From Aliivibrio fischeri ES114 (GTDB taxonomy: Bacteria > Pseudomonadota > Gammaproteobacteria > Enterobacterales > Vibrionaceae), in the NCBI RefSeq assembly GCF_000011805.1, contig NC_006841.2: 32,000 nt of DNA; one strand, given 5' to 3'. The position numbers and the translations under genes are program-made. The notes under the pieces were generated by a model. That model saw nothing but the letters and a program-made list of their open reading frames with translations, was not told the DNA's origin and did no database searches. Position 1 is the first letter of the stretch. Every line of letters begins with the position of its first letter. Below, one piece after another: positions 19,637 through 28,636 of the stretch.

Positions 19637-21601
19637 ATGAAGTGGATAGAAAATGCATCATTGCGCCAGCGTTTATCTTTACCAATAATCATATTTGCAC
19701 TGAGTTTATTCGTTATGTTTCATGGTTATAACTATGTAAGCACGTATAAAACAGAAAAAGATAATTTAATTAATCGTATTAAGATTTTATCGATTGGAGT
19801 CAGTATTAACCTAAAACCGGCTTTAATTTTAGGTGATAAAGCAACTGCCAGTAAAATTTTAGATGCGTTTAGTGCAGACGAAGCAATATTACAGGCTGTC
19901 GTGATGGACAATGACGGTCAAATATTTATCGAATATAAAAACACAACCCAATTATCACATGCACCTAATGCCGAATTAAAACAACAAATGTTAATTGATG
20001 GGTATGCTATAGGTGACCATTTCATTTATGTGTCTATTCCGTTTGCTTTAAATCCACAAGAAACAGCACAAATGAATCTGATTGTTTCAAAAGACATACT
20101 AGATGAAACTCGAGATACCGCATTAAAGATGTTTATCTTTATGCTTCTGTTATTTGTTATTTGCGGCTACTTCATTATTTGTAAAATACAAAAGTGGGTT
20201 ATTACTCCTGTCAGCAGCTTAAATCATGCAATGCAAGGGATCATAACGAGAGGTGTGTTCGATGAGCGTCCACAAGTTGTTACGCATGATGAATTAGGTG
20301 ATTTAACCGCTTCATTTAATAAAATGACAAGTAAACTTGAAGAGCGTCAAAAGCAATTAAGCTATGTGTTAAAAAAAGTGGAACATGAGAGAGATTTTGG
20401 AGAGCAAATTATCACTGCTGTTCAACATGCACTTTTTGTTATTGATAAAAAAGGGCTTATTATTTTAAGTAATGAAGCATCGAAAGTGATGTTTCCTAGT
20501 TTGTCGATTAATTTATTTGAAAGTCGTAATTTACTCGATGTGATACAGCCAAGTAATGAAGAAGATTTATTAGAGATTATCGATAATCGTAAAGAAGTGG
20601 ATGATTTACTTATTCAGACATGTGATAGCAAGACACTACAAATCACATCAAGAGTGCTATCAAATCAAAATCAAGTATTACTTTCAATGGTTGACGTTAC
20701 TGAGGCTTTACGAAGTCGAACTCAACAGAAATTGGCAGCAAATGTATTTAAAAATAGCCAAGACGGTGTGTTGATATACGACGCGGATGGAAAGCTAACA
20801 CTGATGAATCCTGCATTTACCGATATCTTTGGTTATCAAATGAGTGAGTTAAGTAATATACCCATGTTAACGTTATTCGATGGTCATCATTTCACAACAT
20901 CGACGAGTTTGATCACAGAGTCAATTCAGCGTTTTGGTCAATGGCATGGTGAAGTCTTAGAAAAAGATAAATACGGTGCAGAGCTTCCTTTGTATGTTAA
21001 GGCAAGTAAGATAATTGATACTGAACAATATGGTCAAAATAGCTATATATTTATATTTACAAACTTATCTGATGTTAAAGAAAAAGAGAGACTGGATCAT
21101 TTAGCACATCATGACGTATTAACTGGCCTGCCTAATAGAGCAAAATTTTATCAAGCAGCGAATGACACAATATTGCTGAAAGAAGGGAGCATAGGTCAGA
21201 TGGGACTTTGCTACCTTGATCTTGATGGATTTAAACAAATTAATGACACTTATGGGCATGATGCTGGTGATGAAGTGTTAAGAGTAGTTGCAAAGCGCTT
21301 AGAACACGCGGTAAGAGCGAATGATTTGGCATCGCGTTTAGCTGGCGATGAGTTTGTGCTATTTATTAATCCGGTTGCTAATAGAGAGCAATTGATTGAG
21401 TTAGCAGATAGAGTCATCTTTTCAATCCAAGCACCAATTACATATAAAGGTACTTTATTGTCAGTTAATGTCAGTATAGGCATTACAATCGCTGATTATA
21501 ATGATGGTAAAGATGTTGATGCACTGTTAAAAGAATCAGATAAAGCCATGTATGAGGCAAAATTAACAGGCAAAGGAAAGTATATGTTTCACAAAATTTG
21601 A
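19637..21601 (+). CDS. membrane sensor diguanylate cyclase (TM-sensor-TM, HAMP, PAS, GGDEF domain with an AGDEF motif)
   Basis: Two TM segments flank a ~150-aa domain. HAMP-like segment (DELGDLTASFNKM). PAS-like region. The GGDEF domain reads LDLDGFKQINDTYGHDAGD ... RAND-LASRL-AGDEF. Confidence 0.85.
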   Translation: MKWIENASLRQRLSLPIIIFALSLFVMFHGYNYVSTYKTEKDNLINRIKILSIGVSINLKPALILGDKATASKILDAFSADEAILQAVVMDNDGQIFIEYKNTTQLSHAPNAELKQQMLIDGYAIGDHFIYVSIPFALNPQETAQMNLIVSKDILDETRDTALKMFIFMLLLFVICGYFIICKIQKWVITPVSSLNHAMQGIITRGVFDERPQVVTHDELGDLTASFNKMTSKLEERQKQLSYVLKKVEHERDFGEQIITAVQHALFVIDKKGLIILSNEASKVMFPSLSINLFESRNLLDVIQPSNEEDLLEIIDNRKEVDDLLIQTCDSKTLQITSRVLSNQNQVLLSMVDVTEALRSRTQQKLAANVFKNSQDGVLIYDADGKLTLMNPAFTDIFGYQMSELSNIPMLTLFDGHHFTTSTSLITESIQRFGQWHGEVLEKDKYGAELPLYVKASKIIDTEQYGQNSYIFIFTNLSDVKEKERLDHLAHHDVLTGLPNRAKFYQAANDTILLKEGSIGQMGLCYLDLDGFKQINDTYGHDAGDEVLRVVAKRLEHAVRANDLASRLAGDEFVLFINPVANREQLIELADRVIFSIQAPITYKGTLLSVNVSIGITIADYNDGKDVDALLKESDKAMYEAKLTGKGKYMFHKI

Positions 21602-21701
21602 CAAAAGTTTTACAAAATTGAGTTATATCTATTTAATTAATGCCATATGATGTTATATTAATCAGGTCTTTTAATTTTCAACACGAAATAAGGTAAGTTT
21701 A

Positions 21702-21782
21702 ATGGAAATTTTATTATTGGTTGCATTTGTTATCGCTGGTGCAATTATGGTAAAGAAAGAAAAAGCAGAGCAATCTAAGTAA
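21702..21782 (+). CDS. candidate 26-aa single-TM micro-protein (MEILLLVAFVIAGAIMVKKEKAEQSK)
   Basis: ATG preceded by AAGG with an 8-nt spacer. Hydrophobic helix plus charged tail. A strong terminator lies 40 nt downstream. Not in the ORF track because it is under 60 aa. Confidence 0.3.
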   Translation: MEILLLVAFVIAGAIMVKKEKAEQSK

Positions 21783-21822
21783 TATAGATATCCCTTTTAT
21801 AAAACAATTTTGTATCTATATT

Positions 21823-21859
21823 AAACCAAGATAAATCAAGTGTTTATCTTGGTTTTTTT
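21823..21859 (+). terminator. rho-independent terminator
   Basis: Perfect 12-bp stem AACCAAGATAAA / TTTATCTTGGTT with a 7-nt loop, followed by a T-run. Confidence 0.75.
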
Positions 21860-21890
21860 ATGCCTCATGAAGTATTTACACTGATTGGTT

Positions 21891-24569
21891 TTACAGTTCC
21901 AAAAACATATCAACAACACCATCGCTCATTTGAATATCTACTGAGAAGCCTAGATGTTGTGCAAGCCCGATCATTCCGTGGTTTGCAGGCATTGTCATTC
22001 CCGTCATTACTTTAATGCCAATACTTTGGCAATAACGAATAATTTTCTCCATTAAGATTTTTCCTAAGCCTAGACCTTTTAGATCTGATCTAACTAACAC
22101 GGCAAATTCAGTGTTTGTATGATTCGGATCAGAAAGAGCTCGAACAACAGCAATAATAATTTCTTCACCATCTATTTGTTTGGTTGCAACGAACGCCATT
22201 TCTCGGTCGTAATCAATCTGCGTAAAATTGGCAAGGGCTTCGTGATTAAACTCACCAACTTCTGAGAAGAAACGTTTATATAAATCATCATGTGATACTT
22301 GAGAAATAAAAGAAGCATGTTTAGGCTCATCTTCGGGAAGAATAGGGCGAAGTAAAACAGAGCTGCCATCTTTAAGCTGTGCAAATTCTTCTAATTCATT
22401 AGGATAAGGTCTGATTGCTAATCGCTTATGAATATCTCCGTTAAAATGTTGTACTTTCATCGAAGAATCTATAATCGTGAGCTCCATACCAGAAACAAGA
22501 AGCGGGTGTATATCAAGTTCAACAATCTCAGGACAATCAAGTATCATTTGTGACAAGCGCACGAGAAAAGCACTTAAATCAAATAAACTCATTTTGTTAG
22601 GAGAGTTGCGGTTATGAATGATATTTTCTTTAATCGCATGCTTAATTAGGTTTTCAGCCAATGCCATATTCAAAGGTGGTAAGGCTACCGCTGCATTATT
22701 ATTAAGATCCCACTCAGATCCACCTTCACCCAATAAGATCACAGGACCAAAGACAGGATCTTGGCAGACCTTTATTCTTAGTTCTTGAGATCCTGCTCTT
22801 GCTGCCATCTTTTGAACACTTAATCCTGAAATTCGCGCGGATGGATAGCTTAATGAAACTCGGTCGAGTATTGATTGTGCGGCGGTTATCACTTCTTCAT
22901 TGGTGTTTAAGTTTAATACGACACCTTGTATATCAGATTTATGTGGAATGTCTGGTGATCGCAATTTTACTGCGACAGGATAACCGATCTTGTCTGCGAC
23001 ATAGCCGGTTTCAACTGGATCTTCAGTTATCCATGTGTCCAATGTTTTGAAACCATAGCAAGAGTAAAGAGCTTGGGTTTCATGCGTATCTAATTCAGTA
23101 AGGTTATGCGTAACACAGTTTTCTAACCATTCACGAGCCATTTGTGCGTCATGTTTACTAATGTGACCTGATGACACTGGAGTCTCTATCAATAAACCTT
23201 GGTTTCTATGATATTCAACCAGATGTAAAAATGCAGATACAGAGCTTTCAGGTGTTCTATATGTTGGTATTCCGGCTTGCGTAAAGAGTAATCGAGCTTC
23301 TTTTGAAGAGGTTTCTCCTGACCAGTTCGTTAATATGGTAAATTTAGCTTTGCGTTTATGATTTTGAATCAAGCTTATTAATTTTTCAGCGGTTCTTGTT
23401 GCGTTTGAAACCGCTGATGGGCTGTGCATAATGAGTATGGCATCGCAATCATCACTGTCTAGCAGGGCATTAACCGCATCACAGTAACGTACGTCATTGG
23501 CATCACCCCCGATATCAATAGGATTAGCATGGGACCAGTTTTCTGGTAGTGTCTTATTTAACTTTTGGATTAGTGATTCACTAAACTCAGCTAATTTGCC
23601 ACCTTGCTGCATGAGACTATCAACTGCCATTATTGCTGGGCCGCCACCATTAGTCACAATTGCTAATCGATGACCTCTAAATGGGATAGGGTGTGCAAGT
23701 GTTTCTACAGCAGCGAAGAGCTCGTGAGTATTAGATACTCTAAGCATTCCAGCCCGTCTGATTGCAGAATCGTAAACCGCATCCAAGCTCAATTGACCAT
23801 TGGTATGTAACTGAGCCGCTTTACTTCCAGCGACAGAACGCCCACTTTTTACAACCAAAATACGTCGATTACGAGCTGCTGCACGAGCGGCAGACATGAA
23901 CTGACGAGCATCTTTAATTGAATCGATATATAAAAGTATGGCTTCTGTTTTTGAATCAGTACAAAGGGTATCGAGCAATTCACTGAAATCAATATCAAGC
24001 CCATCACCTAGTGAAACAAAAGCTGAAAACCCGATATTTTTTTCATTTGCCCAATCTAAAATTGTCGTACATACAGCAGCTGACTGAGATATAAAAGCAA
24101 TGTTTCCTTTGTTGGCGTTTATTGGTGAAAATGATGCGTTTAAATTAATCCAAGGAAGGATAATCCCTAAACTGTTTGGCCCTAAGATCCTCATGTTATA
24201 TTTTGCCGCAATACGTTTTGCTTCATAAGGCAAAGGCTCACCAATGCCATTACAGTACAAGTTCATGTCAGAAGATAAAATGATGGCGCAACGAACGCCT
24301 TTCTCTCCTAGCTCTTCAATAATGGCGATGTTCTTTTTTGCTTCTGTACATAAAATGGCAAAATCAGGTGTAATAGGTAGTTCAGAAATTTGTTTATATG
24401 CCAGGATGCCACAAACGGATTTATAACTTGGATGAACAGGCATTATTGGTCCATTAAATCCACCTTCTAATAAGTTACGCGTCACAATATGTCCGGCTCT
24501 ATCAGGGTGAATAGAAGCACCAATAACAGCAATGGATTCCGGGCGTAGTAATTGTTTTAAATCTGGCAT
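21891..24569 (-). CDS. patZ: protein lysine acetyltransferase PatZ/YfiQ (ADP-forming acyl-CoA synthetase-like domains plus a C-terminal GNAT domain)
   Basis: 892 aa. N-terminal CoA-binding region (PESIAVIGAS), succinyl-CoA-ligase-like and ATP-grasp regions, and a C-terminal GNAT domain (KGLGLGKILMEKII). Confidence 0.85.
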   Translation of the reverse strand: MPDLKQLLRPESIAVIGASIHPDRAGHIVTRNLLEGGFNGPIMPVHPSYKSVCGILAYKQISELPITPDFAILCTEAKKNIAIIEELGEKGVRCAIILSSDMNLYCNGIGEPLPYEAKRIAAKYNMRILGPNSLGIILPWINLNASFSPINANKGNIAFISQSAAVCTTILDWANEKNIGFSAFVSLGDGLDIDFSELLDTLCTDSKTEAILLYIDSIKDARQFMSAARAAARNRRILVVKSGRSVAGSKAAQLHTNGQLSLDAVYDSAIRRAGMLRVSNTHELFAAVETLAHPIPFRGHRLAIVTNGGGPAIMAVDSLMQQGGKLAEFSESLIQKLNKTLPENWSHANPIDIGGDANDVRYCDAVNALLDSDDCDAILIMHSPSAVSNATRTAEKLISLIQNHKRKAKFTILTNWSGETSSKEARLLFTQAGIPTYRTPESSVSAFLHLVEYHRNQGLLIETPVSSGHISKHDAQMAREWLENCVTHNLTELDTHETQALYSCYGFKTLDTWITEDPVETGYVADKIGYPVAVKLRSPDIPHKSDIQGVVLNLNTNEEVITAAQSILDRVSLSYPSARISGLSVQKMAARAGSQELRIKVCQDPVFGPVILLGEGGSEWDLNNNAAVALPPLNMALAENLIKHAIKENIIHNRNSPNKMSLFDLSAFLVRLSQMILDCPEIVELDIHPLLVSGMELTIIDSSMKVQHFNGDIHKRLAIRPYPNELEEFAQLKDGSSVLLRPILPEDEPKHASFISQVSHDDLYKRFFSEVGEFNHEALANFTQIDYDREMAFVATKQIDGEEIIIAVVRALSDPNHTNTEFAVLVRSDLKGLGLGKILMEKIIRYCQSIGIKVMTGMTMPANHGMIGLAQHLGFSVDIQMSDGVVDMFLEL

Positions 24570-24793
24570 ATAAACGTCCTTTATTCCTTTATATAAGAAT
24601 AAGATAGCTGACTAGAATAGATTTGACGCTGTTAAAAGCAAATAAACGAAGACCAGCGCACAAAATAACCAAAAAAATCAAGTATTGAGCACAAAGATAT
24701 GAGTAATTTGGTACTTCATTAGCTAAAGACTTGATTGTCAGTACTATCGGGTGCAGAATTACGACAACAGCATGACAATTATTGTGAATTAAA

Positions 24794-25354
24794 ATGAAAA
24801 GAATCATTCCTATTACGTTAACCGCACTGCTAGCAGGATGTACAAGCAGTTCGTATACCACAAACATTACTACTGATTCATCTGAAGAGGTGTATCAAGT
24901 TACTCAGCCGATTGAGCAAGAAGAAACCACTTTTGAAGAAACAGAGGTTGTTGCTGTATCTGAAGCTGAAAAACCTGTTGTTAAATTAACCCCAGAAGAA
25001 ACAGCAACACCAGAAGCAAGCGATGCTGCTGTTAAGATTTTACCACCAACGGAAAAGCAACAAGATATGCATAACCGCTATGGTTATACACTTCAAATTC
25101 TGGCTCTAAGTCGTAAGACAGATCTTTCTACTTACGCTGCTAAACTTTCTGGTGAGCAGCCTGTGTGGATGAACCGTAAAACAGTAAATAATATGCCTTG
25201 GTATACAATTTTATACGGTGATTACGCAACACCTGCAGAAGCACGTGCTGCAATTAAACAACTTCCTGCTGACATTCAAGCGTACGGCCCGTTTGTAAGA
25301 AGTATTAATAGCATTAAACAATCAGATAACCCTGAATTACATAAGTTAAATTAA
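24794..25354 (+). CDS. SPOR-domain lipoprotein
   Basis: Lipobox LLAGC, an acidic low-complexity linker and a C-terminal SPOR domain (YTLQILALS...WYTILYGDYATPAEARAAIKQLP). Confidence 0.75.
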   Translation: MKRIIPITLTALLAGCTSSSYTTNITTDSSEEVYQVTQPIEQEETTFEETEVVAVSEAEKPVVKLTPEETATPEASDAAVKILPPTEKQQDMHNRYGYTLQILALSRKTDLSTYAAKLSGEQPVWMNRKTVNNMPWYTILYGDYATPAEARAAIKQLPADIQAYGPFVRSINSIKQSDNPELHKLN

Positions 25355-25405
25355 TCATAATCGGTGCATCTAAATATGCACCGATTGCTTTTTATAGTGA
25401 AAATT

Positions 25406-26398
25406 ATGACTCATATCCTTTTACTTTGTGGCGGTGGCGGCACTGAACACGAAGTTTCATTAGTTTCTTCAAAATATATCTCTCAACAACTTTCTGAACT
25501 TGATGCATTTGAAATTACGCATCTTGAGATTAAAGATGAAGGTTGGTTTCATATTGAATCTGGCTTGAAGTACGAACTACGTTCAGACAAAACATTATTA
25601 AGCGGTGAGACAGTTAGCTCTCCAGTAGATTACGTTGTTCCGTGTATTCATGGTTACCCTGGTGAAACCGGCGATATTCAATCTATGCTAGATATGCTTA
25701 GTATTCCTTATTTAGGATGTGACGCTGAATCAAGTACAAATAGCTTCAATAAGATCACATCTAAACTTTGGTATGATGCGCTTGGTATCCCAAATACACC
25801 GTACTTATTCTTAACTGAGAATAATGAAGAAACTCATCAGTCAGCATTAGCGGCATTTAAGCAATGGGGCGGACTATTTGTAAAAGCTGCATGTCAGGGG
25901 TCTTCAGTTGGTTGTTACAAGGTAACGTCAGAAGCTGAATTATCAAAAGCAATTAATGATGCATTTGGTTATTCACAACAAGTACTTGTTGAAAAAGCAG
26001 TTAAACCTCGTGAGCTTGAAGTTGCAGCATACGAAATCGATGGTCAACTATTTACGACGGCTCCAGGTGAAGTAACGGCACCAGACGGTGCTTTCTATAC
26101 TTATGATGAAAAATACGGTAGCGGTAGCCATTCAACGACATCTTTGGATGCACAGAATCTTACTGAAGAGCAAGTTAAGCTGATCGATCAATACAGTCGT
26201 AAAGTGTTCACTCAAATGAAGCTTAAAGATCTTTCTCGTATTGATTTCTTCCTAACGGATGATAATGAAATTTACTTAAATGAAGTGAATACATTTCCAG
26301 GAATGACGCCAATTTCTATGTTCCCTAAATTATTAGAACATAATGGCGATTGTTTCAAAACCTTCTTACAAAAAGCAGTACTTAACGCGATTAAGTAA
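25406..26398 (+). CDS. ddl: D-alanine--D-alanine ligase
   Basis: MTHILLLCGGGGTEHEVSL is the typical Ddl N-terminus, followed by an ATP-grasp core and EVNTFPGMT. The track starts at GTG 25364 (14 codons upstream). ATG 25406 gives the canonical N-terminus. Confidence 0.9.
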   Translation: MTHILLLCGGGGTEHEVSLVSSKYISQQLSELDAFEITHLEIKDEGWFHIESGLKYELRSDKTLLSGETVSSPVDYVVPCIHGYPGETGDIQSMLDMLSIPYLGCDAESSTNSFNKITSKLWYDALGIPNTPYLFLTENNEETHQSALAAFKQWGGLFVKAACQGSSVGCYKVTSEAELSKAINDAFGYSQQVLVEKAVKPRELEVAAYEIDGQLFTTAPGEVTAPDGAFYTYDEKYGSGSHSTTSLDAQNLTEEQVKLIDQYSRKVFTQMKLKDLSRIDFFLTDDNEIYLNEVNTFPGMTPISMFPKLLEHNGDCFKTFLQKAVLNAIK

Positions 26399-26413
26399 GT
26401 TTGGTTTAAATGG

Positions 26414-26441
26414 AAAAAGCCTGATAATTCAGGCTTTTTTT
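26414..26441. terminator. bidirectional terminator shared by ddl and the recombinase gene
   Basis: AAAAAGCCTGA-TAAT-TCAGGCTTTTT with A and T runs on either side. It overlaps the recombinase stop codon. Confidence 0.7.
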
Positions 26442-27343
26442 GTTTTAAATACAGACTTTTGTCTCTCAGAACGTTCCGTATTACCAATATATTGGTTTGG
26501 CATTGCAGGACTTACCCAACGACCCATCTCTTGTATCTCGTGAATAGAATAACCACGCTGTGCGAGTTCTTTTGTTGCACCTACACGTGCAGATAAACCT
26601 GAAAAGTTTATTTCAAGGTTCAATAACTCATTTGCTCTACGAAATATACGGTATATAGAAGAATCATTTAAACCGTTAACTGCCACATTTTGATGTCTAT
26701 CTATAGCTCTAAATAAATGACCATCATAGATATTTGAATGTTGAAGCCATCTATTGAGTAACTCGGTTGTTTCTTCTGAAATAGCGTAATAATTCTGATG
26801 GATTTGTACCAAGCATGAATTTGTTTCGTCGTTAAAACAAATATCGTCAAGTTGTAAGTCTCGAAGTTCTCCGCGCTTTAGTAGTAATTCAAACATTAAA
26901 TACCAAATGGCAAGATCACGAATGTCTTTGAGTTCAACTGAGTTGAATAATTGATGTCTGAGTTCATCCAGCATATCAGAGGAAATACCTTCCGTTTGTT
27001 TATTATCATTGACCTTATCGACTCTTATTTTTCCTAGTGCAGACTTTACCTGAATGGATTGTGTTGGGTCTTTATACTCAAATGCCGTATGAATATGAGA
27101 TATCGAAATCAGTGCACGTTTTATCGAAGCAAGCTTTTTCACTTTTGCCTGTTTTTCTATGAAGATGCGTATAGCCGTTGTAGAGGCGGGTAGAGCGATA
27201 ACATTATTCAACTGGCAAAATTCGACAAAATTATTCCAATCATTTTTAAATGAAATAAGACTGTTATTTGAGTATTGCTTTGTTAAACACGTTGCTAGTG
27301 TATCGATATCTAATTGTGCTGATAAAAAGTGTTTTTTGTCCAT
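26429..27343 (-). CDS. Cre-like tyrosine recombinase
   Basis: SGLSARVGATKELAQRGYSIHEIQEMGRWVSPAMPNQYIGN parallels Cre SGHSARVGAARDMARAGVSIPEIMQAGGWTNVNIVMNYIRN. The N-terminal FCQLNN..LPA parallels Cre WCKLNN..FPA (Cre sequence from memory). Confidence 0.8.
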   Translation of the reverse strand: MDKKHFLSAQLDIDTLATCLTKQYSNNSLISFKNDWNNFVEFCQLNNVIALPASTTAIRIFIEKQAKVKKLASIKRALISISHIHTAFEYKDPTQSIQVKSALGKIRVDKVNDNKQTEGISSDMLDELRHQLFNSVELKDIRDLAIWYLMFELLLKRGELRDLQLDDICFNDETNSCLVQIHQNYYAISEETTELLNRWLQHSNIYDGHLFRAIDRHQNVAVNGLNDSSIYRIFRRANELLNLEINFSGLSARVGATKELAQRGYSIHEIQEMGRWVSPAMPNQYIGNTERSERQKSVFKTKKA

Positions 27344-27486
27344 TCTGATGCACCATAACTTATGCCTTTAATTAATATAACACAGTTTCATATTTGAGGT
27401 AAGATCACGAAAAACAAAGAATTAACTAGTATTTAGAGAAGATTTATTTAACCCTTAACTTATGTTGAAACACGAAGAGAAAACCT

Positions 27487-27837
27487 ATGAAGAAGACATT
27501 ATACAAAGGATTCTTTATTGAAAACAAAACAGGAATTCCAGATGATTGGAAGGTTTTGATAAGAACTCATGTGTTACACGGTCACTTAAGTGCGGTAAAG
27601 AAAAGCATTGATTGGTGGAATGAAACCGGCACGATTATCGATCCAAAAGAATTTGGTGATATGGGTGAATCAGCGCTTAATGAAAAGCGTAGTCAATTTA
27701 AATCCGAAGAATACAAAGGATTTACCATTAAGAATGATACGGGTGAACCTAAGACTTGGTACTGCTTATATCAAGGAAAATTAGCAAAAGGCTCGTTATC
27801 TGCAATTAAAAGCTTTTTGGATAAACATGAAAAATAA
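27487..27837 (+). CDS. small protein made of two tandem ~40-aa YKGF..N.TG.P..W modules, unknown function
   Basis: Residues 6-43 and 76-113 align at about 50% identity (YKGFFIENKTGIPDDW...LSAVKKSID versus YKGFTIKNDTGEPKTW...LSAIKSFLD). Confidence 0.5.
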   Translation: MKKTLYKGFFIENKTGIPDDWKVLIRTHVLHGHLSAVKKSIDWWNETGTIIDPKEFGDMGESALNEKRSQFKSEEYKGFTIKNDTGEPKTWYCLYQGKLAKGSLSAIKSFLDKHEK

Positions 27838-27876
27838 ATTACAATCTTAATATCTTTAAAAAATCCGAGATTAATT

Positions 27877-28188
27877 ATGTCTTTAGTATATTCAACAGAT
27901 GTTGGCCGAATCAAACAAGAAGAACCAAAAGCAGAACGTCCAAAAGGTGACGGTATTGTACGTATTCAACGTGAAACCAAAGGACGTAAAGGTAAAGGCG
28001 TTTGCGTTGTAACGGGTTTGGATATGGAAGATACTCAGCTTAAGTTGCTTGCAGCTCAACTTAAAAAAGTATGTGGTTGTGGCGGCTCTGTAAAAGATGG
28101 CGACATTGAAATCCAAGGCGATAACCGAGAAAAGATTAAAGACTTTCTAACTAAACAAGGCCACACAGTTAAATTAGCTGGTGGCTAA
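27877..28188 (+). CDS. yciH: SUI1-family translation initiation factor YciH
   Basis: LVYSTDVGRI...RPKGDGIVRIQRETKGRKGKGVCVVTGL...KKVCGCGGSVKDG.IEIQGD...VKLAGG is collinear with E. coli YciH. Confidence 0.9.
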   Translation: MSLVYSTDVGRIKQEEPKAERPKGDGIVRIQRETKGRKGKGVCVVTGLDMEDTQLKLLAAQLKKVCGCGGSVKDGDIEIQGDNREKIKDFLTKQGHTVKLAGG

Positions 28189-28353
28189 TAGAACGTTGTT
28201 AGAGTTAAGCTAATAATCAAACGATGAATACGAAGTATTATTGAATGATTATTAGCTATTTTATGGTAAATAGCCTTATGGTTAAATACGTTGAGAAAGC
28301 ATTAAGAACAAAGGGGAGAATTCGTAATAAGATATTATTTATTACCAAACTCT

Positions 28354-28381
28354 ATTTAACATAAGATATATAATGCGCACT
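28354..28381 (-). other. dif: chromosome dimer resolution site dif (XerC arm, 6-bp centre, XerD arm)
   Basis: The minus strand reads AGTGCGCATTA TATATC TTATGTTAAAT. Both 11-bp arms are identical to V. cholerae dif1 as I recall it. The XerD arm is also identical to E. coli dif. Confidence 0.8.
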
Positions 28382-28438
28382 AGAATGCGGTAAATGAACA
28401 CGAGGAATATGAGGAAATTTATTACGAAGTCTGTTTAT

Positions 28439-28485
28439 AAAAAAACCATGATGGAACACCGCACTCATACTGGTGTCCATCATGG
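28439..28485 (-). terminator. long hairpin plus T-run on the minus strand (terminator and/or ssDNA signal), unit 1
   Basis: CCATGATGGAACACC / GGTGTCCATCATGG arms with loop GCACTCATACT. An A7 run on the plus strand gives T7 after the stem on the minus strand. Confidence 0.55.
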
Positions 28486-28636
28486 GTAATTATCAACACA
28501 AGGCTAGTGGTGTCATTCGATAATTATAAAAAGATTTATTTGGCTAATAAATCTCTATTTATACTCTCACATATTAACATCTATAGTGTTGATGATTATG
28601 AAAAAAAAATAGCAAAAAATGCAATATTGATACGCG

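Noticed and set aside
24589-24867. 92-aa minus-strand ORF in the patZ/SPOR intergenic region
   Set aside because: It overlaps the SPOR lipoprotein start and its promoter region. It has low-complexity hydrophobic composition typical of AT-rich antisense frames, and no SD.
27344-27486. lox-like target for the Cre-like recombinase (ATAACTTATG occurs at about 27354 and TAACTTATG again at about 27454)
   Set aside because: These are direct 9-bp repeats, not a 13-8-13 inverted repeat. They could be chance matches in AT-rich promoter DNA.
28264-28365. 33-aa plus-strand ORF ending in the XerD arm of dif
   Set aside because: No SD and no conservation evidence. The region is better explained as the yciH terminator hairpin (GCTAATAATCA...TGATTATTAGC at about 28220-28267) followed by the dif flank.
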